From the NCBI GenBank assembly GCA_963837955.1, contig CAWIPH010000002.1, forward strand, positions 3,104,001 through 3,168,000: DNA of 64,000 nt, written 5' to 3'. Below are positions 20,359 to 29,900 of the stretch, piece by piece. Origin of the DNA: an uncultured Verrucomicrobiae bacterium. Lineage in GTDB: Bacteria > Verrucomicrobiota > Verrucomicrobiia > Chthoniobacterales > JAFAMB01. The translations under genes and the position numbers were made by a program. The notes under the pieces are model-generated. The model searched no databases. It was given only the letters and a program-made list of their open reading frames with translations, and was not told where the DNA came from. Numbering within the stretch: position 1 is the stretch's first letter; each line of letters begins with the position of its first letter.

Positions 20359-20625
20359 ATGAAAACCATTGGTAAATTCGGACTGGCGACACTTGTCGCG
20401 GGAGCATTTTGGGCAGCCACCTTGCCTGGCAAGGCTGAAACGCCAGACATTTTCACGAGACACGGACTTCCGATCCCAGGAGCTTACTTCAAAAGTAAAG
20501 AAAGCCAGAAACCGGCGACCATCGCTGTCAGTAAGTCGGGACAGGGCGTTGGAGAACAGAAGCAAACAACTAAGACTGGGAAAAAGAACGCCCACCTCGT
20601 TCACTCGACGAAAAAGAACTCCTGA
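20359..20625 (+). CDS. Small secreted basic hypothetical protein
   Basis: Signal-like N-terminus MKTIGKFGLATLVAGAFWAATLPGKA; Lys-rich C-terminus; preceded by the promoter motif. Confidence 0.6.
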   Translation: MKTIGKFGLATLVAGAFWAATLPGKAETPDIFTRHGLPIPGAYFKSKESQKPATIAVSKSGQGVGEQKQTTKTGKKNAHLVHSTKKNS

Positions 20626-20668
20626 GACAACGGTTCACATTGAAGCGCCGCTGCAAAGACAGTGGCGC

Positions 20669-21292
20669 TCAAGACTGCTGTTCTAGTCGCGCGTCTTGAT
20701 CACCGAGATCGACGCGCGATAGCAGCTCTTTTAACAACTTTCTCGCGCGGTAAAGTTTCATCTCGACCGCTTTGATACTGCATCCAAGCACGGACGAAAT
20801 CTCTTCATACGACAGGTCCTCGTACTCATAAAGTAGGATGACCGTCTTTAATTCGTGCGGAAGCTTACTGAGTGCCTTTTTGATGCTCGAAATGAGCTCT
20901 GACTTGATCACGGCTTGATCAGGAGAATCATCCGAGGTCACGATCCATTCAGAGGTATTGGTAGAATCTGCGTCCAAAGATTCCAGAGCGGTGCCGCCCG
21001 CTCGCTCCCATTGCCGCACATAGTTTCGACAAAGATTCGCCGCAATAGTGAAGAGCCAACTAGCAAACTTCGCGCGCGCCGTGTAGCGGGAGCGCGCCTG
21101 GTAAACACGCACAAATGTTTCCTGAGCAAGGTCCAGCGCGTCAGACTGGTGACCTATGTACCGATAGATGAAGGCTACAAGCGGCTGCTGCCAACGAGTC
21201 ATTAGCTCGTTTAGCATGAGGTCTTCGCCGTTTTTGAGGCGGAGCATTAGCTCAGCATCAGGATCGGCGCCAAAGGGCACAAAATTTTTCAT
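20669..21292 (-). CDS. ECF RNA polymerase sigma-70 factor
   Basis: DLAQETFVRVY, FASWLFTIAAN, LSYEEIS...LYRARKLL. Confidence 0.93.
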   Translation of the reverse strand: MKNFVPFGADPDAELMLRLKNGEDLMLNELMTRWQQPLVAFIYRYIGHQSDALDLAQETFVRVYQARSRYTARAKFASWLFTIAANLCRNYVRQWERAGGTALESLDADSTNTSEWIVTSDDSPDQAVIKSELISSIKKALSKLPHELKTVILLYEYEDLSYEEISSVLGCSIKAVEMKLYRARKLLKELLSRVDLGDQDARLEQQS

Positions 21293-21405
21293 GTACTGAA
21301 AGCTGATAAAAGCGAAGCAGAGCGACGATGAATCGTCGCGACAGCGCCAAAAAATCGGCTACCTCATTGGCTGAGACGCCAACAGGGCTGACCGAGGATC
21401 AGGTC

Positions 21406-21777
21406 TCAGAGCAGAAGGACACAGTCGTGAGCTAATAGGTCGCGCGGTGGCGGCCCAAGATCGCGATTGCGTTCAAACGCCGGCAAAGAATCCGGCAAAG
21501 TCACCAGAGGCTGCACCGCCGCAGGTGATGCTAACAACGATAAATTCGCCTGCGCATCTAACAGGCTTGATACGCCGGCTGTAACCGGAAGTGCGGTTGA
21601 GGAAGTCAATTGGCAGCTCGGTTTATCTGTACAACAGGAGTGACAAGCCTTGGCTCCCTTCGCGCAGGCCATGTGACAGGTAGAACGGATTTCGACAGCG
21701 CGACTGCCCAACGGCAAAGCGATCGTCAAGCACAACGCCAACCAGATCCTTACGCTGGAGCCAATTTTTCGCATCAA
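21406..21777 (-). CDS. Cys-rich exported hypothetical protein, possibly metal-binding
   Basis: Signal-like N-terminus, CHMAC...CHSCC...C, C-terminal GPPPR...HDCVLLL. Confidence 0.55.
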   Translation of the reverse strand: MMRKIGSSVRIWLALCLTIALPLGSRAVEIRSTCHMACAKGAKACHSCCTDKPSCQLTSSTALPVTAGVSSLLDAQANLSLLASPAAVQPLVTLPDSLPAFERNRDLGPPPRDLLAHDCVLLL

Positions 21778-21805
21778 AACGCGCCGAAACTATAGCGCAG
21801 AAGTT

Positions 21806-23029
21806 CTAAGATACAATTGGCGTCGTCGCGGTTGGGCGTACTCGCAGCACTAACAGTGCGCCGAGAAGGAACATCACAGCGCTATAGCTAAACGCTATAG
21901 TTGGACTGACGGCCGACCAGAGCAATCCCACCACTGCGCTCGATAAAAAGTCACCAATTCCGTTGACGGTTGCCAACACTCCGAAGGCCATTCCGTGATG
22001 GGCGGGATTAACCAACTCCGCACAAAATGAATCTTCGAGTGTCTCCTCGATCGCGACCTGGATTCCGCCCAGAACAAATATCAAAGCCAGCGGTCCTATA
22101 CCTACTGGTAAGAGCACAATTCCTGCGGCCATCAAGACAGCCAGTGCATATCCGCCACTAAGCAATAGTTTCTTCGGAAAACGATCCGCCAACCAACCGC
22201 CTAGATACGAGAACCCCGCGTAAAAAACATTGTGCAGCACGTAAAGCGCTACGGCTACACTCGCAGCGCCCGCTGCCCCCAGGCTTTCCGTTAACCGTTG
22301 GGTGGCCAAAAGAATGAGCAGTGTGTGAGCGAACGCACCAGCGCCGAAAATCCCTGCTGCCAACAGGAATTGCCGGTATGCTTTTGGCAACAAGCGGAAC
22401 CGTTCCCCAAATGATGCATGCGGTACCGGTGCCCGCTGCGTTTCCTCAACAACGAAACCGATCAAACCAGCTGCGATTAATCCTGGCAAAAGTGTGATCG
22501 CAAAAACGAGGCGGTAATTTCCAGGCAACGCAGCCAGTAGCCAGAGTGCGGTTAGCGGGCCGACAATTGCGCCAACTGTGTCCATGGCTCGCTCAAAACC
22601 GAAAGCGCGCCCATATTCGGAGGGGTCGATCGCGGCAGCCAGAAGCGCCTTGCGCACCGGGGTACGGACGCCTCGACCCAACCAGGCGGTAGCGCGGGCG
22701 ATGAGGACGTGCCACGCAGAAGTCGCCAGACTAAAAGCCGCGGTGGCAAGAGTCGTGACCAGATAGCCCACAACCGCGATAGGCTTGCGACGAGGGAGCC
22801 CGTCCGTATAGAAGCCGCTTCCCAATTTGGCAAAGCTGGACAATCCGTCGGAGACACCTTCGATCATCCCCAACCAAGCTGCTGCAACGCCCAGTGAACC
22901 GAGAAAAGCCGGCAATACTGCAGTTGCAATCTCGTGACTCCAATCACTGAAAAGCGATGCCAACGCTATTCCGAGCACCGTGCGATTCAGCCAGGGTTCA
23001 ACAGATGACTTGGAGTGTGGTCCCTTCAT
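21806..23029 (-). CDS. MFS transporter
   Basis: About 12 TMs; SLFSDWSHE, GRGVRTPVR, GRAFGFERAMD, GGWLADRF. Confidence 0.9.
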   Translation of the reverse strand: MKGPHSKSSVEPWLNRTVLGIALASLFSDWSHEIATAVLPAFLGSLGVAAAWLGMIEGVSDGLSSFAKLGSGFYTDGLPRRKPIAVVGYLVTTLATAAFSLATSAWHVLIARATAWLGRGVRTPVRKALLAAAIDPSEYGRAFGFERAMDTVGAIVGPLTALWLLAALPGNYRLVFAITLLPGLIAAGLIGFVVEETQRAPVPHASFGERFRLLPKAYRQFLLAAGIFGAGAFAHTLLILLATQRLTESLGAAGAASVAVALYVLHNVFYAGFSYLGGWLADRFPKKLLLSGGYALAVLMAAGIVLLPVGIGPLALIFVLGGIQVAIEETLEDSFCAELVNPAHHGMAFGVLATVNGIGDFLSSAVVGLLWSAVSPTIAFSYSAVMFLLGALLVLRVRPTATTPIVS

Positions 23030-23115
23030 TTAAACAAAAAACGGGTCTCGGTTGCTAACTAGTCTCTTGTATCACAGCCTGAGAATTTCACGCGTTTCCG
23101 CAAAGCTCTTCGTCC

Positions 23116-23339
23116 TCGTCCTCGTGCTCGTCGTCGTCCTCGATTCCCAGGGCGATCCAACGAGTAAACACCGGGAGGGATTGCGTCCCCGCAATCCGCT
23201 GCCTAACCCACGATGCTGACATCTGCGTTCCATCGTCTGGTTTCGTCCCTGGGTGAAACAACGACGGCGCGCGAGGACGCGTGCCCTCCCCGTCAGGGGT
23301 AATTCGACGCTTCGAGGACGACGACGAGCACGAGGACGA
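23116..23339. repeat. Inverted-repeat MITE/REP-like element
   Basis: Perfect 28-bp inverted repeat TCGTCCTCGTGCTCGTCGTCGTCCTCGA (23116-23143 / 23312-23339) around a GGGAGGG...CCCTCCC hairpin unit also seen near 37050. Confidence 0.85.
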
Positions 23340-23512
23340 TTGCGATTGTAGCTTCACCGTGCTGTTTTTTGTGCGTGCAGACTTGACGATGATTCGTGTT
23401 AAATTGTTCCGCGTTGACCTCAGGACGGGCATTCGCTCTACTCCAATTGATCGTTTCGTGCTTTGCATCCGCGCAAACTGAAACTCGATTTGCGAGACAC
23501 TCATCCCTTGTT

Positions 23513-24196
23513 ATGAGCGAACCTTCCTTTAGCGGTTTCTCGGGCCAGGCTATTCAGTTCCTTCGGGATCTGGCTGTGCACAACGAGCGCGATTGGTTCA
23601 ATCCACGCAAGGAAGCTTTTCGGCAAGATCTGCAGGAACCGTTAGCCCAGCTAATCCTGACGACTACTGATCTGCTCAGGAACGCAAAAATCCCTCTGCG
23701 GGCCGATCCCAAGCGTTCCGTTTTTCGCGTTTATCGCGACACCCGATTCTCGCCCGACAAGAGCCCGTACAAAACCCATGTAAGCGCGGTCTTCGATCGA
23801 ACTGCTCAAAGAAAAACAGATGGCATACTCTATGTGCACATCGTCCCGGACGAAAGTTTTGCGGTAATTGGATTTCATCAGCCGGCCGCACCCGACCTGA
23901 CAAAGATTCGGGAAGCGATCGTCGATCGGCAGAAAGTCTTTCTCAAGCTTCTTGCTCAGCTAGAAAGCTCGGGATTCGAAGTGACCAGCGGTGAAATGCT
24001 CAAACGCGTTCCCCGCGGTTTCGAAGAATTCGCCGATTCACCAGCCGCCCAGTATCTGAAATACAAGTCGTTCTATATCACGCGGCCCCTCCCCAACAAG
24101 ATGGTGCAATCCAAGGCGTTGCCCAAGGAATTGGTTCAGTTCGCTCGGATCGGTCTGCCGTTCCTTAAATTCGGCTGGGATGCGATGGCCCGTTAA
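23513..24196 (+). CDS. DUF2461 / TIGR02453 family protein
   Basis: FLRDLAVHNERDWF, FRVYRDTRFSPDKSPYKT, LKRVPRGF; start placed at ATG 23513. Confidence 0.9.
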   Translation: MSEPSFSGFSGQAIQFLRDLAVHNERDWFNPRKEAFRQDLQEPLAQLILTTTDLLRNAKIPLRADPKRSVFRVYRDTRFSPDKSPYKTHVSAVFDRTAQRKTDGILYVHIVPDESFAVIGFHQPAAPDLTKIREAIVDRQKVFLKLLAQLESSGFEVTSGEMLKRVPRGFEEFADSPAAQYLKYKSFYITRPLPNKMVQSKALPKELVQFARIGLPFLKFGWDAMAR

Positions 24197-24378
24197 AACG
24201 CCTGGCGCGCGACGGGACCGAAGAGAAACTCACGCAAAGACGCAAAGGCGCAAAGGGGAGAAGGCTCGAACGGTTTTCCCGCGTTAGTCTCAGAGCGTTG
24301 TGGGGTCAAGCGGCCGCGCGCAGGCATTCCCCCGGGGTCTTTCGAGGGATGGTTCTCTACCCCGAAGGGGCAGGAGGA

Positions 24379-25839
24379 GGTCCGGTTTCACATTTGGGTG
24401 ACACTTTTGTGTCACTAATTGGGTGACACTTGGAAGGCGAAATGGCCACGGGGTGTGTCAGAGAAAAGGTAACACTTTGGCGGAAAACGGATGGATTGAA
24501 AAGGGTGGTGAAAAGAGGGCCAAACTCCGAGGCTTATGCCTTGGAAAGAGACGAATAGTCGGAGGGAGCGAGGAAGATTTCTAGCAACGGTTCAAAGCGC
24601 CAATGAGACTTTTAAGCTCATCTGCCAAAGTTTTGGAATCAGTCGCAAGACCGGTTACAAATGGCGAAAGAGGGTCGAAGAGGAAGGAAATAAAAGTTTA
24701 GGAGACCGCCCAAAGGGTCCCAAGCAAGGAGCGAGAGAGCCCGAGATCGAAGCCTTGATCTTGAAGCTTAAGAAGAGGCATCCGTTTTGGGGATCCAAGA
24801 AGATTCAGGCGCTCTTAAGTCGGCAATTGTCCGAAGCAGAGCAGCCCTCGCGCTCGAGAGTTCATCGAGTGCTTGCCAGAGCCGGGTTGGTCAAGGGCAA
24901 GAAGCGCCGACGAAAAGGGCCGGTGGTCGTTATTGAACGCTGGAGCAAAGACCAAGACTGTAACGAAATTTGGGGAGTCGATTTCAAGGGATGGTTTCGG
25001 ACCGGGGATCAGACCAAGTGCTTTCCCCTGACGGTCAGCGATTATTATAGCCGCTTCATCCTGTGCTTTGAGCTCTTGAGCTCCGAAAGGATGAACCTAG
25101 TCCAGGAGCGGCTTCTGAAGGTGTTTGCTCGCTATGGCCGACCCAAGGCGATTCGAGTCGACAACGGCCGGCCCTTTGGCGGTGGCAACGTGCTGGGGCT
25201 CACTCAGCTCAGCCTCCAATGGCGTTTGGCCGGAATCGAGGTGCAATTTATCGACCCGGCAAGTCCCTATCAAAATGGGCGTCATGAGCGCCTGCACCTG
25301 AGCTACCAGAGTGAACTTTGCCAGCCACCAGGCTGGGATTTTGGCAACCAGGCAATTCGGACCCGTCGCTGGGTCAAAGAATTTAACTGTCAACGCCCCC
25401 ATGAGGCTTTGAAAATGCGTTGCCCGGCCGAGATCTACAGCAAATCTTCGCTCCAATATCTTCCGCCCAAGAAGCCGTTTTCTTATGCTGGCTTGCCCCA
25501 AAGAAGAGTGGATAAAAAAGGCGACCTTTGGTGGGGCAATCAACGCTATTTCATCAGTGAGGCCTTCAGTGGATATGACGTTGGCCTCAAGTTCATCACC
25601 TCCGGAGTCTACGAGATCTATTTGACCCATTTGCTCCTGGGCACTTTGCACGAGGCTGAATTTTTCGAATTCCGTCCGACGGTCGAAATTCGAAAAACTC
25701 AGCCTGCACTCCCCACCAAAATGTCACCCAATCGTGAAACACGTAGCGGCACTGATAAGCTAAAAGTGTCACCCAAATTATGACACACAGTGTCACCTCA
25801 ATAGTGACACAAATGTGTTACCCAGACTCGAAACACACA
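24379..25839 (+). mobile_element. IS481-family insertion sequence (ends approximate)
   Basis: Imperfect terminal inverted repeats of ~45 bp (GTTTC-N5-TGGGTRACAC-N-TTTGTGTCACTA), repeated GGGTGACAC sites, AGGA on both flanks. Confidence 0.8.
24536..25783 (+). CDS. IS481-family DDE transposase
   Basis: MPWKE start, FGISRKTGYKW HTH, WGVDFKG, VDNG, QNGRHER, RPHEAL. Confidence 0.93.
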   Translation: MPWKETNSRRERGRFLATVQSANETFKLICQSFGISRKTGYKWRKRVEEEGNKSLGDRPKGPKQGAREPEIEALILKLKKRHPFWGSKKIQALLSRQLSEAEQPSRSRVHRVLARAGLVKGKKRRRKGPVVVIERWSKDQDCNEIWGVDFKGWFRTGDQTKCFPLTVSDYYSRFILCFELLSSERMNLVQERLLKVFARYGRPKAIRVDNGRPFGGGNVLGLTQLSLQWRLAGIEVQFIDPASPYQNGRHERLHLSYQSELCQPPGWDFGNQAIRTRRWVKEFNCQRPHEALKMRCPAEIYSKSSLQYLPPKKPFSYAGLPQRRVDKKGDLWWGNQRYFISEAFSGYDVGLKFITSGVYEIYLTHLLLGTLHEAEFFEFRPTVEIRKTQPALPTKMSPNRETRSGTDKLKVSPKL

Positions 25840-26152
25840 AGGACTCAGCCCGGGGTTTTAACCCGGTTTTAACCCCGGGGAACCGTCCGTCACGATCGCG
25901 CCCTCATAAGGGCGCAAGGTTCAGATGGATTACGCCGATCCCGACTGCGCGGCTAATCCAGACAGAAATTTTGTCGTTATCGGGAATAAAAAAGGCCCAG
26001 AAACGATCTTATTAGTAGACGGCTTCTACATTTTTCGCGGCGATTGCTGGCGATACGAAAGTCGTGCTGTACAAAACTTAAAGAGCGGACCGAACCGGGT
26101 CCCTCCAACGTGGACTCCGGAGCTCGGAGCGCTAGACGTTTCTTCGAATTTT

Positions 26153-26869
26153 ATGACATCATTACACGTTTTTCGCGGGTTTATGGTAGCGGCTCTCGCC
26201 GCGCTATTGCCGGGCACGATACAAACCGCGGCCGGCGGCAACATGGGAGGAGGACACAGTGGCATGGGAGGAGGACACAGCAGCATGGGAGGACACAGCA
26301 GCATGGGAGGACACAGCAGCATGGGAGGGCGCAGCGCCATGGGAGGACGCAGCAGCATCGGAGGACGCAGCGGCATGGGGATGGTGCCGCATTCTGCTAG
26401 CAGTCGGGGATCTAGTCGCGCATTTGGACATTGGGACCATCGCGATGATTCGTTCCGGCATCACGAATTTAACGATTTCCATGATCGTGAGTTCGATCAC
26501 GATGACCGATTCTTCCACGACCGCTTCTTCTTCGTTTTTGATTTCCCCGCGTTTGGCTACCCTGGGTGGTATCCCGACTACCCCTATTATCCCTATTACC
26601 CGTATTATGGGTATCCGTACGATTATTCCTACTATGACTACGGACGGACTTACGATTACCAGTATTGGAGTAATCTGGCCGTGTCCGTGCAATCGAGACT
26701 TGCCCAGCGCGGCTATTACCACGGTGCGATAGACGGGGCGATTGGCTCCGGCAGCCGTCAAGCGATCCGATCCTTCCAGACGGCGCAAGGATTGCCTGTT
26801 ACCGGAAAGATCGACCCCAAGTTGTTGAAGGCCTTGAGGATCAATTACAAGACTCGCAAAGTAGCCTGA
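26153..26869 (+). CDS. Secreted Gly/His/Tyr low-complexity protein with C-terminal peptidoglycan-binding domain
   Basis: Signal peptide, GGHSSM tandem repeats, Tyr/Pro-rich tract, VQSRLAQRGYYHGAIDG...FQTAQGLPVTG. Confidence 0.8.
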   Translation: MTSLHVFRGFMVAALAALLPGTIQTAAGGNMGGGHSGMGGGHSSMGGHSSMGGHSSMGGRSAMGGRSSIGGRSGMGMVPHSASSRGSSRAFGHWDHRDDSFRHHEFNDFHDREFDHDDRFFHDRFFFVFDFPAFGYPGWYPDYPYYPYYPYYGYPYDYSYYDYGRTYDYQYWSNLAVSVQSRLAQRGYYHGAIDGAIGSGSRQAIRSFQTAQGLPVTGKIDPKLLKALRINYKTRKVA

Positions 26870-27058
26870 TGCTCCTCCCTTCGTTCCCCCAAAACCCAAA
26901 ACTCCGGCGGAGGGAGTCGGCTGTGATTAGTGATTAGGTTAGTGAGAGGGCGGTGGGAGAGTTCTGCCGAGGGCTGCCGATAGGCACCGCCATCCACCAA
27001 TCATTTTTCACTTATCACAATCGCTGCTGCCTTGGGTTCCTGAGCCGGGAGGATCAGG

Positions 27059-28057
27059 CTACTTGGCAACGGTATAAACCAAGACCTTGGCCGCCTGCGA
27101 CCCACGGTGGGGTACAGCGACATAGAGGCGACCGGAGGTTGGCTGAAAGAACCCAGTCCTTGCTCCTGGCGCTGTTGGTATTCTTTCAACGCGCTCGTAA
27201 TGATCCGGGTCACGTTGCCGGAGAACCTCCACGGCACCCTCGCCACCTATGACGTAGAGAAATTTCCTGTCGACATCGTAGAAAACATCGTCGGTGTCAC
27301 CAACAGTGGGTAACGTAACAACGATCCGCCCCGAACTCGTATCCAGAACAACCAGGCGCGCAGGTAATCTGCATCCGATGAATAGCCTTTTGTTACTGTC
27401 ATCCAAAGCCATCGGATAATTTGCCAACACACCTCCCAGTCCCCATTTGGCAACAGTTCCGCGTGTTTTCCGATCAATCACAGCAACGCCAAACTGCTTC
27501 GGGACATTTGCGTAAACGCGACCTCCGTTCTCCTCGAACTGGAAGGATTCGGGATGCGATCCGAGTTCGACCGAACCGGCTTTTTGACCAGTCGAGTTTA
27601 CAATGCCGATTCCCCCGTTTCCGTAGCCTACCCAGATGTCTCCGGTCTGACGGTCATACCGGACATTGTCGGCGTCATCACCAAACTCCAGCGTTTCTTG
27701 CAGAGCTAGAGATTTGCCATCGTAGACCCGCAGCTTACCGTCTCCTCCGCTGGCGACATGGAGTCTCCCACTTTTCGAATCGTAGTAAACGCCCTGCGGC
27801 TCTTTGAGTCCCTTTATCTCGGCGATGCGCTCCCCTTTCCGCGTATCGAGGATTTCGACGGAGCCATTTTCGAGAGCGGCTACGAACAAACGTTGTCCAG
27901 CGACGTCCGCAGAGAAGTGGTCGATCCGACCCTCTACGCCAGGTAATGGGAATTCCTTTTCTAAATGTAGCACCTCAGCGGCTTTCCCATTGGCTGAGAC
28001 AGCGGTCGTAAGCCCAACCAGGAACACGACGTGGCAAAATAGCGACCCGATTCGCAT
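27059..28057 (-). CDS. YncE/YVTN-type beta-propeller secreted protein
   Basis: GRIDH, EPQG, DADNVRYD, HPESFQ, NYPMALD, GARTG blade motifs; start placed at ATG 28057. Confidence 0.8.
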   Translation of the reverse strand: MRIGSLFCHVVFLVGLTTAVSANGKAAEVLHLEKEFPLPGVEGRIDHFSADVAGQRLFVAALENGSVEILDTRKGERIAEIKGLKEPQGVYYDSKSGRLHVASGGDGKLRVYDGKSLALQETLEFGDDADNVRYDRQTGDIWVGYGNGGIGIVNSTGQKAGSVELGSHPESFQFEENGGRVYANVPKQFGVAVIDRKTRGTVAKWGLGGVLANYPMALDDSNKRLFIGCRLPARLVVLDTSSGRIVVTLPTVGDTDDVFYDVDRKFLYVIGGEGAVEVLRQRDPDHYERVERIPTAPGARTGFFQPTSGRLYVAVPHRGSQAAKVLVYTVAK

Positions 28058-28076
28058 ATCGAAAAATAACGACGAC

Positions 28077-28556
28077 TCAACCGGCGGCAGCCGGCTTCGG
28101 TATACTTGACGGGAACCAGAGATGCTTTTCGCCACGGCAGAATTTCAACCATCGATACAGGCCATCATAAACGACAAACCCGTCCCGAAGCATCGCGTGA
28201 TCATCATCACCGTGCAGGTTAGAGAGACCCAAGGAAATCGCAAATAAACCGGCGCTCTCCGGCGTTAGAGTGTGCCGATCCGTATCCGCGCCACGCACAA
28301 TCAATGCTAGATAGTGTAGTTCTAGCTCGTCCAGATTGTACTTTTTGAGAAACGCATCAAAACTGCAAAGCTCTCCATCATGGGTGAGTTCTACTCCGTG
28401 CACATCATAAGGGATCGCATCCAGCTCTTGAGCTTTTCCGATGACCTGATCCGGCGGTACGAAAATAAACTCCGCTTTGGTATCGATAAAGCGAGAGATT
28501 AACCATGGACATGCCACGCGGTCGATTTTCGGGCGTTCGCGAGTAATCCAACGCAT
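28077..28556 (-). CDS. Stand-alone chromate resistance ChrB_C domain protein (ChrF-like)
   Basis: WITRERPKIDRVACPWLISRFID, HDGELCSFD, IVRGADT. Confidence 0.88.
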   Translation of the reverse strand: MRWITRERPKIDRVACPWLISRFIDTKAEFIFVPPDQVIGKAQELDAIPYDVHGVELTHDGELCSFDAFLKKYNLDELELHYLALIVRGADTDRHTLTPESAGLFAISLGLSNLHGDDDHAMLRDGFVVYDGLYRWLKFCRGEKHLWFPSSIPKPAAAG

Positions 28557-28591
28557 AGTTAGAGTTGGTCAGAGTTGGTTGTGCGGACTCG

Positions 28592-29536
28592 TTATTGGTT
28601 GGCAGCCATTGACTCCGTGCTGATGGCGGACTTGACGCCTTCAGCTAAAGCTATTGCTTTGCCCCGGCCGTAGTAGTGCAAGAAGATCATCCGCGGGTTT
28701 TCTCCAATCATGTGCTGGTGGATAGCAACGATGTTAATCCCGTTGCGGCGAAGCGTTTTGAGGACCGTCTGAAGCTCGTTTTCAAGTATGACAAAATCGC
28801 CAACGACGAGCGCGTCGTCAGGTGTACCAGCGAATGCCGCCCAGGTGTTGACTCCCATCGTATTTCCGACGGTGCATCCGCACGCCATTTTTGTCTCGCG
28901 CCCGATCGTCACCTTATACATGCCATCCTTCGCATCGCCCTTTTGGGCAAAAACCTGGCTAATGGCTTCGCCCTCAATCGAGTTCTTCTCGGGCAGCTGG
29001 CTCAAGCCGAAAGATTTTGCCGGCTGAGGATTCGCCGTGCGGATCTCCTTCACTTTATCAAAGATTGCCCGCACGCCTTCCGCCAATTTATCCACGGAGC
29101 CTTCACCGCCGATGTGCATGAAATAAACCTTCGGTTCGTCGAAGAAGAAGTGGTTATGGAGGGCGGTGACTTCCAGACTCCTGTCCAGCGCTGCGCTCAT
29201 CACTGGGTTCACTTCATCCTCGAAGAGAACCATGTCGCCCATCACCATCACACTATCCTTCGCTCCCGGGGTGAAGGTCGCCCAGGAGGTAAATCCCATA
29301 AAGGAGGCAAGCCGAACTTGCTCAACGGTAATAGCAACATCATTCCGGGGTTTACTGACCTTAAAGGTATTCTCCTTTTCGTTCAGCACGCCTTTAAGGC
29401 CAGTGATGGATTCGATCTTGGCGGTGTCCAGGCCGCTTTCGGCAGCGAGACCGATCGAAGTGGGCAAAAAGAGGAGGACAGTAGAGAGGCTGACGTTAGC
29501 GAATATCATCAGGAAAGGAAAAGATTCACACTTCAT
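28592..29536 (-). CDS. DUF1259 (LppY/LpqO) two-domain protein
   Basis: Repeated domain with MVMGD...EVNPV...TALHNH and VVGDF...AIHQH...FLHY; start at ATG 29536. Confidence 0.85.
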   Translation of the reverse strand: MKCESFPFLMIFANVSLSTVLLFLPTSIGLAAESGLDTAKIESITGLKGVLNEKENTFKVSKPRNDVAITVEQVRLASFMGFTSWATFTPGAKDSVMVMGDMVLFEDEVNPVMSAALDRSLEVTALHNHFFFDEPKVYFMHIGGEGSVDKLAEGVRAIFDKVKEIRTANPQPAKSFGLSQLPEKNSIEGEAISQVFAQKGDAKDGMYKVTIGRETKMACGCTVGNTMGVNTWAAFAGTPDDALVVGDFVILENELQTVLKTLRRNGINIVAIHQHMIGENPRMIFLHYYGRGKAIALAEGVKSAISTESMAANQ

Positions 29537-29558
29537 GGAGGTTCTCCCAAGGATGTAC

Positions 29559-29596
29559 GTTATACGTGTTACATGGAGCAATATCCGTGTCAAGCT
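29559..29596 (-). promoter_or_regulatory. Promoter with TTGACA and putative ChrB operator (GTAACACGTATAAC)
   Basis: Near-identical block at 34136-34172; palindrome core also at 34669-34682 at the chrB start. Confidence 0.6.
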
Positions 29597-29900
29597 AAGC
29601 GCCTCGATTGTTTGGCTCTCCGCCAGCAATGACGAATCAGTCTACGGCTTAAGTTGGGGGAAACGTTCCTGAAGATATCCTTAAGAATTCTTCAGACTTT
29701 GAGGCTTCCGGAAGACACTAGATCCGTGGTCCTTTTTCCAATAGCACTCAGATCTGGTCCACGAGTTCCACCCTCACCGCCGGCCATCTGACAGCTACGG
29801 CACCGTTTGCCTCGCAAAACCAAGCCCCCTGCAACTGAGTCCTTCCGGGCCTCACTACCATGGGTTAGACCTTCTCGACGTTCAGGCCGTCACCAATTCA

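Noticed and set aside
23088..23504. ORFs with EDDDEHED tracts on both strands
   Set aside because: Translations of the inverted-repeat arms.
26240..26380. 18-bp tandem repeats as CRISPR or a non-coding array
   Set aside because: No spacers; they are in-frame coding repeats (GGHSSM).
28676..29632. 318-aa plus-strand ORF
   Set aside because: Antisense shadow of the DUF1259 gene with no recognisable motifs.
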